A DNA stretch of 57,379 bases, the filler included, from Sphacelaria rigidula (lineage: Eukaryota), in assembly GCA_964200075.2 (NCBI GenBank). It is 3 parts of 3 records of this genome, joined end to end, with 100 filler letters (N's around TTAATTAATTAA, not from the genome) between each part and the next. Parts side by side here need not be neighbours in the genome. Positions count along the whole stretch, not along the records: positions 19,164 to 38,223 come from CAXNAA020000740.1; 2 more parts are not named here. One strand, given 5' to 3'. The position numbers were made by a program, and so were the translations under genes. Position 1 is the first letter of the stretch. Every line of letters begins with the position of its first letter. The notes under the pieces are model-generated. The model made no database searches and was not told the DNA's origin. It was given only the letters and a program-made list of their open reading frames with translations. Below are positions 25,601-37,400 of the stretch, one piece after another.

Positions 25601-28600
25601 GACGACAAGGTACAGACGAATATTTCCGCATACACGTACAACAGCGAAGTTGACCCGTATAGCGCCCAGTTGTGCAGGTGGCCCTTCGTTGATCTAGCTA
25701 TTGTCGGGGGTTCGGAATAGTTGTGCTGATTAAAGGCACCACTCCTTCGTGAAGACAGGGAGGTGGTCTGCTCCCGCTGGGCCGTGGCCACGCACATGTC
25801 CAGCTTATGGTCGATGTGGTACAGTACTAAGTTCAGTACAATCATTTGGGTCGGTGAAGACCACCATAAGCGATGAACCTGCCACTACTGCATGTTTTAT
25901 TGCATGTACGAAGGTGTTAAACAGACTTCCTTAAAACTTCAACCCGTTGGCTAAACCATGGATGTAGACTGCTGCACTTGCCATCCTCCAAGAAAGGGAG
26001 TTTGTGTGTTTCCTGTCTGCTTCGGTGCCCAGAGGCCAGAGAACGGTCATTGACGCATGTGCTGTTATAGTCGTGCCCCGAAGGTCCGTGGCACTGAGGT
26101 CGAATCTTCGAGTGTGAGGAAGTAAACCAGTTTAGAGTATCGTACAATACAGTCCTCGGCGTGCACGCTGTGAGCCTTCCAACCCGAGTTGCGTTGGTCC
26201 AGCTCGTGTTTCCGTGCGTGTCCTCCGATCATTCCATTTTGTGATCACGGTTGGATTCGTCGCACATCAGATACTGTGAGGGGATAGATAAATGACTCAA
26301 TCAACCCATCGATAGATCGAGCAACTGTAGATCGTACTGACGGTATTGCCCACGTTGAAGTGGTGCCTCAGCACCGATACTGCACGGCCCATATAGCGCT
26401 CTGCTGTGCTGTACTGCAGTAATGGCGCGTAGGCATGACCCATAGTGCCTCAAGCCTTCTGGCTACGGGCCTGGCCTGACAGTCAGGCCCATATGCTGAA
26501 ACAAAACTGGAACAAAAGTTACTCAAAAGTATTGGCGCTACAGTCCAAGGCAGCGACAGTGCGGCGTGATTTGTTTTGCCATCTCTTTAAGTCGTTCAGT
26601 CGGTGACGTGAGATGTAGAAACGTGGGCAATCATTCTCTGCGAGCTTTGAGTTGTTGGACCCTATCGGCGCGCCTTAAGGAGGGTTGTACCACGTCGACA
26701 GCATCACATCCCGTCCGCTATGCGAAAGTGAGCAGCGTCGCGCCAGGCTTTCACTACGGATTGGACAACGTGGGAAGCCGGTGCAGTTATTTTTTGCTGC
26801 TCTAGTCTTTGCTCGCTGCTGTCGGCATCGGACACGGACGCAAACGACACTGGCAAAGCCATGCACAGCCCCGCTTACCGCTTGCCGCGTACCGCTTGCC
26901 GCTTACCGCTTACTGCCTACCTTGAAAATTGCACATCTTGATACACGAGATGCAACCGTGTTTAGCGGGTTACTGTGTATCGAAACAACCGCCGAACCCA
27001 GGGGCAACGACCAGAGCCATGCCCAACAAAAACAAAATGCAAGAACATATTCATATTTTTACGAGCAAACACAAAAGCCCAAAAGAGTGCAAGACTGTTG
27101 GCCGATTCGTAAATATACGCGCAGGAACATACACCACGGAGCAAGCCTTTCACCGAACAATAATCTATGTTTCGTTTCCTCACACAAATATTCGTTGCAG
27201 CTCTCCCATGCCCATCACCTGGCAACTCATGCTTCCTCCACAACCCACCGGTGTGTCTCGCCAGGTGCGCATGCATTGGGAGATTATCAATCGCGGGCGA
27301 TCGGGGAGCACTTCCGCCGACTGGCTACCATACGACGAAACGGCAAGTTCGTCCGTCGGTGACGCAATTGAAGAAATGCTTTCTTGGATTCCTCATTTAC
27401 AATTTTTCGCCGATCAGATCTGTTTTTATTGAAACCGCCATGCTCCTCAGGAAGAACCGCACGGTGAGGGATGTGTTCGTCGTCCGGTCAAGGAGTCTTG
27501 GTGTCTCACCCCGTGGGAATGTCGTGGGTATAGAGTGTAGAGCATACTCAAGCCATTTGGAGTCGGACGTTATCCCTTCGTCAGGACCAGGTGCCCTGGC
27601 GAGCTTTCTGATAATTCGGGGGAACCGTTGTGGAAGTCGCTGAGGGGACCGGGGTTGTAAGAGCCCAAAAACGTCAATAGCGTGCTCTCCACCTTCCCAG
27701 CTCTTCTGTTTTTACGAGAAGCGAGATTTGTTTTACCAACAAAAAATGCACTCGCGCTTGTATATTTGTTCCGAGTATCGCTGCAGACACGTGAACCCGG
27801 GCGCCCGCGTGCTCTCGCTGGCTGGGGTGTTAGTCGTTGCCGGGTGTCTCGCGATCAGTGTCTTGCTAGCCGCACATACGGCCTGGTGATGCACGTATTG
27901 TTCCGTTGGCTGTGCCGACGACCTTTGCTGTGATGTTTGATTGCGTCGATGATCGTTGTTGTCGTTGTTGTTGTTGTTGTTGTTGTTTCGTCACACTTTC
28001 AACCCTTCCCCTTCGTCGTGACGATTCCGTGATGCCAGGGACTGACTCATCTCTCCCCCACTGCACGCCTTGGTCTTGCGGATTGGGTCATGACTAACAC
28101 TTCCTAACGGCGTCGACTCTCGTGTCAACAAATCCAGATGAACAAGCTTCTTGTTGCTATGGATACTCACGGCTTGACGCTTTCAACGAAGAAAATCATA
28201 TACTTGGATGAGAAAAAGTCAAGCGCATTTGGCGGCAAGGGAACCTGCGTTCTTGCCACCCTACTACCTAGTCGTGTCACTTGTACCCCTACACCACTGG
28301 GGCGGGTCAAATGGTTGTACCGCTAACATTTTGATTGCGCTGATACCACTTTTCACTGTGCCGATAATATCTTCGGTTGCGCCTGCATGGTAATTTTATT
28401 GTGTTGTGCCCATGGTATTTTCCGTTGTAACGATAACATTCTGGGGGTGCCGATGTTCCTCTTGATCATGTCAACGGTGGGTACCGACCTTTTATGCCGT
28501 CCGGTCTGATGCCATGTCCGCACGTCTTTCCCGAACACGCCGCCGTCTGCTTTTTTTTCCGCCGTCCGACCCCCATTTTACCTTGCCTGGATCCTCTTCA

Positions 28601-29857
28601 GTCCCTATACCGAAAAAAGGTACACTCGAGAGCGTGCAAAGACGCCGAAGTTTTCGTTGTATGTTTGGGCACCATGGACGTCGTTGGAGAGTGCGTGGGC
28701 ATGCCCGTCGCGGCACTCCGAAAAACCGCTCTTGACGAATTCACGGAAGAGGAGACGTGCGATACGGTCAAAAACATACGGGAAATCTGCGAGGCGCTTC
28801 GAGCGGAGGGGAAAAAGGTAACCATGGGGGGGGGGGGGGAATACGGAATCTTCCGTAGTTGACATACCCGTAATATCACGGAGAAAATTGTGGGCCGTGT
28901 TGCTTCTGTGATGTAGGGGTTTCGTCTGTGCCAGATCCAAACAATGATGATGATGCTTTCTGAGGGCGGAGAGGGTAGTGATATCCTCCCAAGGTTGGTG
29001 TACTCCGTGGCACGTTGGTTGGTGGGATTCTCGACGTGCAACGATTACGTTCGCAGTTTTTGCTTTTGTGCTACAGTATCATGACAGCTGCCTGTCAGTT
29101 ATGGTTAGACAGCTCTACTGTTGTGATCAACGCCGTTCAAACACTGTTCCATACACACAACAGTCGAATTCTCACCACATCCGAATATTCCCACCGGTCC
29201 GCAGGGTTAGGGTTAGGGTTAGGGTTAGTAGGTCCTGTTATCTGCTTTTGATAACAGTACATGATTCATCATTATCTAAAAAAGCAGGAAGCAGGAAGCG
29301 CGTAATTCATCCCTGAATATATCAACTCCCCGCCTCCCATAAGATCCGTGTTGATGGGGATGCGTGGTCACCGGTCAAACGACTGAGGCAAGCAAGGAAT
29401 GGGTACCCCCACCCCCCGAGAAGTAGGAAGACGAAAGTCCAACCACGCCTCATCACTACTGCACAAAACGCACCCGATGCTGTCGACAATGCAGGTGGTC
29501 GTCTGCAACGTGATGACCAGTGGGGCGGGTATCAACCGACGCGCGGGACTGGCCAAGCGTCTCAACCGCCAGCTCTCGCTTTACGTCCGTCAAGCTGAAG
29601 CAAAAGCCGACGCCTCCGAGCAACGAAAAGATGCCGACGCGATTAACCGCGCCTCTCCCGAGCCGGTGCGACTGGCCAAGCTGAACAATCCCCGATCGTC
29701 TCGTGATGACGGGAGAGCTTTCGATGGCCTGCACCTCAACGCAAAGGGCTACAAATCGTTCGCCGCGGACTTGTACGATGTGTTGGGACCCATGATGGTG
29801 GCGGTGGAGTGGAAAATCTGGAAAAGACACCTGGCAGGTGAAGGAGTTCAGCTATAG
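22623..29857 (+). CDS. SGNH/GDSL hydrolase-fold protein, 5 exons, 304 aa, N-terminal hydrophobic segment; catalytic Ser absent
   Basis: Exons 22623-22769, 25499-25609, 27265-27342, 28602-28817, 29495-29857, all phase 0, 915 nt in total. Blocks: I KVVLIGDGFAEG, II IINRGRSGSTSADW, III VVCLGTMD, V FDGLHLNAKGY. Intron 3 is GC-AG (gcaagt). Confidence 0.88.
23415..23556 (+). repeat. Dispersed repeat, homologous to 45117-45247
   Basis: AAAGCT..AACTCAACCATG...TTTCC..GGAAAAT...TGGTCAC..T..TTCCCCTACAG is shared by both loci. Confidence 0.6.
27954..27987. repeat. (GTT)n microsatellite
   Basis: Near-perfect GTT run in intron 3 of the SGNH gene. Confidence 0.8.
29203..29228 (+). repeat. Interstitial telomere-type repeat (TTAGGG)~4
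   Basis: AGGGTTAGGGTTAGGGTTAGGGTTAG within intron 4 of the SGNH gene. Confidence 0.85.
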
Positions 29858-31489
29858 GCGCTGCATGATTGTCTTGGATTTGTGTCAACTTTCGCTCCAC
29901 TGTGTACAATACCACGGGTTCATGCTTGTGATGGTCTGTGGTATATTTTGTGGTAGCGATGCTTAATGGCTTCATTGGTATGGGGTCTCGTATTGCATGG
30001 AGATATACCGGGTGGTGTTGCTTCGCCTCTCCGCCCCTAGTGCTACCGAGACGAGACTGAGCGAACTTTGATGAGAACGGGATGTTCCTGAGCTTTAGCA
30101 TTGTTTGCTTCCACCTGCAAATGAACACTCGTTTTTGTTGAGATCTTTTCATTCCCTGCACCTCTGCACCACAGGTGGGAACGATGCCGGAGGCGGGGGT
30201 GCGGCCGTTGCGCCTGTGTCCGGAGAAAGTATCAAGCTCAAGAGCAAGGCCAGCAAGAAGGCAGACTGAATAAGCCAGTACTTCCCCTTGTGTTTTCAGT
30301 TTCTGCTCTCGGAGTATGACATGTTGTATTTTTGTCGGAGACTTACGGCGGCCTGTGATGCTGTGGTAGCAGAACACGCTGTCGTGAAACCTTGATGTGA
30401 GTTTGGAGGCATGTCGAAGACTCGCGGGCAATTGTAGATTTGGAGGATCAGCCTTCGCTCTAGGAGAGGCAGAATCTTCCTAATTTTTTCGTTATTTTTC
30501 GATGCGCTCTGTTGCACTGCAACTGCAAGTCATGGGTGCGCTCGTGACTCTATGCGCCCTTCCTGCTCATCAGCCACTGCTGCACTTGTGCTGTTTCCAT
30601 TGAGGGCGATATCATGGGTTGAGGGTGGCGCGAAGTATCACGTCACGGCTGCTATTCATGCCAGGCAAAGAGGGAAAGTGAAGGGCTGAGAGCCCGTGGA
30701 CAGGCGCTGCCGTAGCAGCTAGTACAAAGAAGAGGGCGGATTTCGATGTTGACTTGTTTGCTCTGAGGTAAACTTGGCATGTTCGCAGAGGATACCCCCA
30801 TGCCTGGTGCTTCCATGAGCAGGGATAGCTAGGATTTTTTCCGGAGTGATCGCGGTACTGACTGCGATTGTTTTGAATCTCCATGTAGGATGGCGCGGCG
30901 ATGAAAATGCGACGGAACACGACGCACAAAGAAAGCGGGAGGGAAACTACGGATTGTCTTAATCCAATGGATGGCAGCGCATCTACGGAAATATTACACA
31001 TTTTGGTGATCGTTCAATAGCCGAAGACTTGGGCACATGGGATCGGCCAGTCGTCAGTGAGAGGCAAATCCTTGCCTACAATACAATGCAGCGGTTCGAT
31101 GCAAGTGTCTTGGCACAAAGGGGTTTTGGTCGTAAACTCCCATTAGTGGTTGCTTGTTGTGCAAACCAAAACCGATCGTCTGCAGTAGCAGCAATACTTC
31201 TCCTGCACAAGTGCGGTTCCGGGGTGTCGCTTCATCATATTGTTATCTATGCTCGTGTGCAGTATGCTCGTGCACGAGCGACCTCAATCAACGGTATTCA
31301 CGACTCTCTACCTCGACTGCCGGTTACGACGCCATTATTGAGACGCTGTGGAGTCCTACAAGCCTTGCAACAACAAAAAGAAAAGAACACCGTCTTTGAT
31401 GCTACTTCCTGTTTCAACCATTCGGCCATTTGCCTGCCAACGTCAACTGCACGGGTACAACCCAGTCCAACCCGATATATCCACGTATC

Positions 31490-34400
31490 TCAAGTGCCAC
31501 CACTGCCGTCCTCGCGGGCGCGTTTGGTACCATCCCGTGGTCCCGCAGAGCCTACACCCCCTCCCCTCCTCGTCCACCCACTACTTTTAAAAGGTGTCCC
31601 CACTAGCAGTCGTGTCCGCTTAGGGGCGTTACTTGTCGTGTCTGTTGCTGTGGGATTCGGGTCGTTGGGTGTTTTTGAGGTGTCGGTGTTGGCAGGAGAA
31701 CAGGAAGATGAAGAATGTGGCGGAGCTGGGTCCACCAGGCAGACCTTGAAGTGCTCGTGGATGTCCTCGAGGCCCACCACCTGAAAGCAACAAAACATAC
31801 ACCCAAGTGTGCACGGAAAAAAAGGCAGGGGGGAAGACATATTTTGCTTTCGAGGTATGGAAGCATCGGGAATCATGGTGCAAAAGGACACGTGTAGACA
31901 ATTAAAGAAGCGATCTTGTCGTTATGTGACACTATCTCAGTCACATGATACCTCCCTCCTGATGAATCAAGTGTCGACCCGTTCTACGATAGCCCCCCCC
32001 CCCAAAACCAGCCCAAAAGTGTCACGAAAAAAATATATATACAACGCCTGATGTTTGGGTTCAGGCTGCATGAAACGCCTCATATCGGCGAAATTGTCGA
32101 GAACGAACCCAAGCGTGGGAATTCCCAGCTGCTCGTTGTGCTCGGCTTTTTCCGTTTCAATTCACGTGAACATTTTGCCTCCTCAAACAAGGCACTTTTT
32201 TTGGGGGGGGGGCTATCGCAGAAAGTGTCGATGCGTTTGCTGTTCACCGTGAGGCAAGCGGATCCCTGCAATATCATGCAACCTTCACCTGCGATGCCCA
32301 TCTGGGATGTCCATCTGGGATGTGGACATTCACCCGGGATATCCACACTCCAGAGGGATTTTCACCTTGGATCTCGATATCCCAGGTGGGGGTCCATATC
32401 GCAGATGACTTTCATAACCCAGGTGGATATCCAGGTGGATTTGCTATCCCAGATGGATCTGCTATCCCAGGTAGATCTATTATCCCAGATGGATCTATTA
32501 TCCCAGATGGATCTATTATCTCAGAGGGATGTTCACATCCCAGATGGATCCATTATCCCCGATGGATCTGATATCAACAATGTTTTCGTGAGATTGAGAG
32601 TAGGGAATACGATTCAGGATGAAAAGCGGTCAATTCGTGATTGAATCGTTTCAGTTCCGAAATGCTCCTCCACGAGGCCCGATATTATTTCTGTGGCAGC
32701 TTGCCACTGAGGCGCTTGGTATCACTGAGGAGGATATCGACGTGTAGCTGCAAGCACACGGCAGTGATACAAGAGCACACACGGAATGATAAATTGGCCA
32801 AGTTAAAGGTAGTGATCAAAGCCACTCTCATTTCGCGCTCTACTCTCAATCTCACGAATACCTTGTTTATCCCAAATGGACGTCCGTATCCCAGATGGAG
32901 GTTGAACGATGATCCAAGACCGTGCAGGCATGAAAGAGAGCGTAATTGGGGCAGCGGTGAAATAAAAAGTTGTCTTCTTGTCTATGAAACACAAACACAT
33001 ACAGGGACACAACTGCAAAGTAGTAGTCTTCCTCGTTGTTTGCATTCTTGTGTTATATCTACGCATGTGGACACGTCCTCCTTGCTTTGTTTGCTGTCGA
33101 GGCATGTGCATTGACACGGTATGCACACTTGGCGTGATCATGTTCCAATATGTTCAGCATTCGTACTGTGCAGAGTTCGTGTGGTGAATACAAACAGATA
33201 TATTCCCATTCTCAGTAATATACAAATGCAAACCGCACGTGCAATATACCATACCCTGGACAAAATAATACACAGTCAAAAAGTGTACTGCGTACAGTAT
33301 CGACTATTGCGCCTATTGCAATAGACAATGGATTCCATACTGTACGCAGTACATTTTTTTACAAAATAATGTCTTGTCCAGGGTATGTAAAATACACATA
33401 TCCAGTGTATGTAACGTACATAACGTAGCGTGTGTAACGTGTTTCATGTAATGAATGAGGAGTATGTCATGTGTATTGTATGTAGCTTCTTCTCCATTCT
33501 TGTGCGAAATTCAAAACCGAGAATTGCATATACAAAATGCTCGTTTATGCTTGCCGGGAAATGAATGAATTGAAGCGATATAGACGGGAGGGGAAATGAT
33601 GAGATAGAGGACACCGCCGGGTAACGAAACACGGGACGAAAACAAATTCCGACCAGGCGCAAGCGAACGAGTCGACACAATCGCCGCTGCCTCTGGTGGC
33701 GACGGCTGTCGTCTGGGACAAGGTCATGGTGCAAGTCGTCGTGCACAGATCAATCTAACCCCACGAAGCGGAGGTGAACGTTCAATCTTGGTCTGGTATT
33801 GCTTTTGATTGTTTCTTGTGGTACAAAAAGTCATCTTCTGTTATGTTCAAGACAAGCTGTACAGCAAAGGTTACCGCTCCCCACCGGCCAAATACACGAC
33901 CTAGCTACTACCTTTGAACAGTCAGACTGGGATAGGCCTACACATGCTACCTATGTTCACGTAAACAAAGATGGTGAGATAAATCAGCCAGTAGGAGTCT
34001 CACTGGTTTCTTTATTTATTTTGTTTCGCGTTGTTTCTTGGAGTCTCAGAATAAACCGCTCAACGCGCGCTCCTATCTCATTCAAGGAATAGTAGAGACG
34101 ATACTAAACAGGCCAGTCTACGTCTGTGACCTCGAGTTCGAGATATCAGATAAATGTGCGCAAATAACGCAAATAAAATGAAAATAATGATTTTATTAGT
34201 CATTCCTGACGGCAGCGCCAACTACGGAAATCGCGGGTACCTACCTCTGCACCACCGAGAACGCCCCGGAAATCACGCAAACATCGATTTGGAAGACACA
34301 CAACGCTTTAGAACCTACGCCAGATTTCGCAGTATTTCCTGGGGTAACAGCAACGCGCCACAAGGCCTTCACACCGTCAGAAACACGTGTCGGGTATGCG

Positions 34401-37400
34401 CGAAATTTGGAAAAATCGGACACGTGAGCCCACACTTGCGAATTTCTATCGTCCTACGATTAGGACAGAAGAGCGAATAATCGGGTGTGAAGGCGAAACA
34501 TGAATCCATGATGTCGCCGACGCCAGGGACATATCTGAGCCTAAGAGTGCCGACGATGCCGTCACTACCGGACTTTCTTTCACCACCACGATTATCCACG
34601 GTCGCCGTACACTGTAAGCAACCCGAGTCATTTTTGTGTACTTTTTTGTATAGAATTTGGGAGTGATACCGCGATAGCGCCCCCCCCCTCCCACCCCCCA
34701 GCCAGCCTCAAAATAGCCAGGAAGAAAACGGCCTTACAGCGACATTTTTCTCTTGTTACGACTTAGTCTACTATGTCGTTCTGTTCGGCCCCCTTTTTTT
34801 CTTTCCGTTCCTTCTTTTTCTCAGAGCGTGTTTCAGTTTCGTCTTTGTTGGGTACGTACGTCTATCATGAGACCACGCCTGGACCCCTGGGGGGTCAGTT
34901 AAAGTGCGACAACAAACCGATCAATCAATCAATCAATCGATCAATCAGCGCATGATAGCTAGTTCTAGATTACATGAAGCGTCTCATATGGGCGACATAA
35001 ACGAAAACGATCCCCCGCGTGGGAGTTTCCAACTACTCGGTGTGTTCGTTTTTGGTAATTTTGTTCTGCATGTACATTTTGCCTCCTCAAGCCAGCCACT
35101 TTCCTTCGGGGGGCCATTTGCAGTTCTCGACACCGAAGGGCGTCTTGTACTTCCCGCCCCAAAGAGTCACGTTTATGCAAATGGAATATATTCTTGCCCA
35201 GAATATCTTTTAAACCGGGGGTGTGAATAAAAATCTGATGTGAATAGTAACAATACGTGCTACAGAGTAGTATATCGCTCATATTGACCAAGTACGCAGA
35301 AGCGAAGGAAGTGCGCACCGGACAGAATATCTTCTTCCACACAAAAACATAGACTGCTGACTGCTCACCATGCGGGCGTAAGACCATCTACTCGGGTTTC
35401 AGTAGAGCGAATGCATCTTGAAAGCCTTTCGTCCCAGTCCAACGACAGTCAAATGGTCAAGTACAAAAAAAAAGACGAGAAGATGCACCAACCTGCGAGA
35501 CATGGCACTTGGGACACCGCCACCATTTTTTCATGCCGCCATCAGCGAGGAGCCCGTGCGGCGCTCTGCCGGTCGAGGCTTCCCGCCGTAGGCTACCATG
35601 CCGCAAAAACGGCGTTACGCGCACCCCTCCCTTCAGTCTCTCCAGGACCCCGCTCTCCAGGCCGAACAACCCTTTCGATCCTCGAACCTCCTCTTCTGCC
35701 GCTTTCGACAGAGCCGCCAGTAGCCGAACCAGAATCGTGCGATCGTTGCCGTCGTCGCTGTTGCTACTTCTGATGTTTTTGTTGCTGCCTTGTCCCCTCT
35801 CGCTCTCGGTCTCCATTTCATCACCAACGCGGGACAGATTTCGTCGTCCGTGCCGTGCCCGATCCGCTTTGTCGCCATCGTACTCCCCACGGCCACCGTC
35901 CAACGACGATGGCGATGTCGTCATATCCATGCGCGTTCCATCTTCTCGACCGGATTTCGCGCCGGATTTTTCTGCGTCGGGTTTACCGGCCGAAAACGTG
36001 CCCGGAATGTCTGAACCGACATGTCCCTGCAGAATAGATCGCACGGCGGCGGGTTCTCTCATGCGTAATGGGTCGATCAACATGCTTTCCACCTGCCGCG
36101 GCGAGATGGATCTCACGTCGTACCTGAAACAAGGCCGGAAAGAAACGGCCGAAATAAAGGCCGAACGCGTGCGGATAGGGGGGGGGGGGGGAGCGGGGGG
36201 GCGTGTACTCATGATCTTGCATGCCGTTGCCATTTGACCATTGACCTCGCATCCCGACAAGCCAGGACAGAGCGCGCTGGGTTTTCGCCCGACCAGGCTC
36301 CCAGCCAACACATCCAGGAATATGCACTCGAGAAGAACCGCAAAAATGTAAACCATGGGCCATATATAGTTTGCAGCCGAAATGTAGGTAAAGGGTTGAA
36401 GGAATAAGTGACAAGAAGGAGCATAAACAAAGCAAAAAACATCCGACACAAAAATAAGCGCTAAAAAGGCACCTTAGCCTCTCGTAGCCTCGGAGACTCC
36501 TTCATATTGCAAAGACGTGGGACACGAGGGATGCGCGACGATGAAGTGATCATTATGATGGGTTAGGGTTTTGAGCTCTCGCACGTGTGACTATTTTTGT
36601 GAGGAAAGGCAAAAACAGAAATATAGTACATGCACGGATACGTGTTGACACATTCAACGTACGAGATGATTAAAACAAAAAAAATATCTCTGAAGGAAAG
36701 GGGAGGCGCACAGGGGACAGGTCACACGTTTTGCGCGCACACACACGCACACACACGCCAAGCCTGATACAGGCAGGAGGGCATGAATTCTTCTCCCCCT
36801 TTTCTTCCCTGTGTGAACATTTTTTCAGACATTGCAAACAGAACAGGCGCAACCAAGGGAGCTACCCAACTCCCCGGGATTTCCAACGATAAGCCTAGGC
36901 GCACGACGCTCCCAAACGCGTTACTGTTCATCAGTTGCGAAGAGTCAAACGCGATACCATAACTTTGCAGCACGAAGAGAAAACCAACTGTCTGTGCCAC
37001 TTGCCGCTAAAGCATTCATTGCTTCGAGCCATGTTTATACGTAGCAACGCGAACATCCGCGACGCCATTTCTCACATGAGCTCTCCTGCAGTATGCAAGA
37101 TCCATTTTTCCGAGGTCAAAAGGACTAGCAAGTCGACATGTGAGTGACTTCACCAACCATGCAACCCGGGCAAGTAAGCTTCATATTTGTTATTTTCCTC
37201 ACCTGGCCTTAATCCCGTTCCTCCGTCTCGAAAGAGATGCGTGGTCAATGGTCAAACGAACAAGATAAGCAACAAATGAGTACGCCTCTCGCCCCCCGTT
37301 GGCCTTGGACAAGTAGTGGAGGGGTAAATTGCATTCATATTCGACGTCGAGGTTCGCCGTCACTAACAACAATGAGAATATATACAGGACTAATTGTAAA

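Noticed and set aside
29736-30431. 231-aa minus-strand ORF
   Set aside because: It overlaps the SGNH last exon and 3' UTR antisense and shows no recognisable motifs.
35509-36237. 242-aa plus-strand ORF (also 31029-31784)
   Set aside because: Antisense shadows of GC-rich exons of the minus-strand gene.
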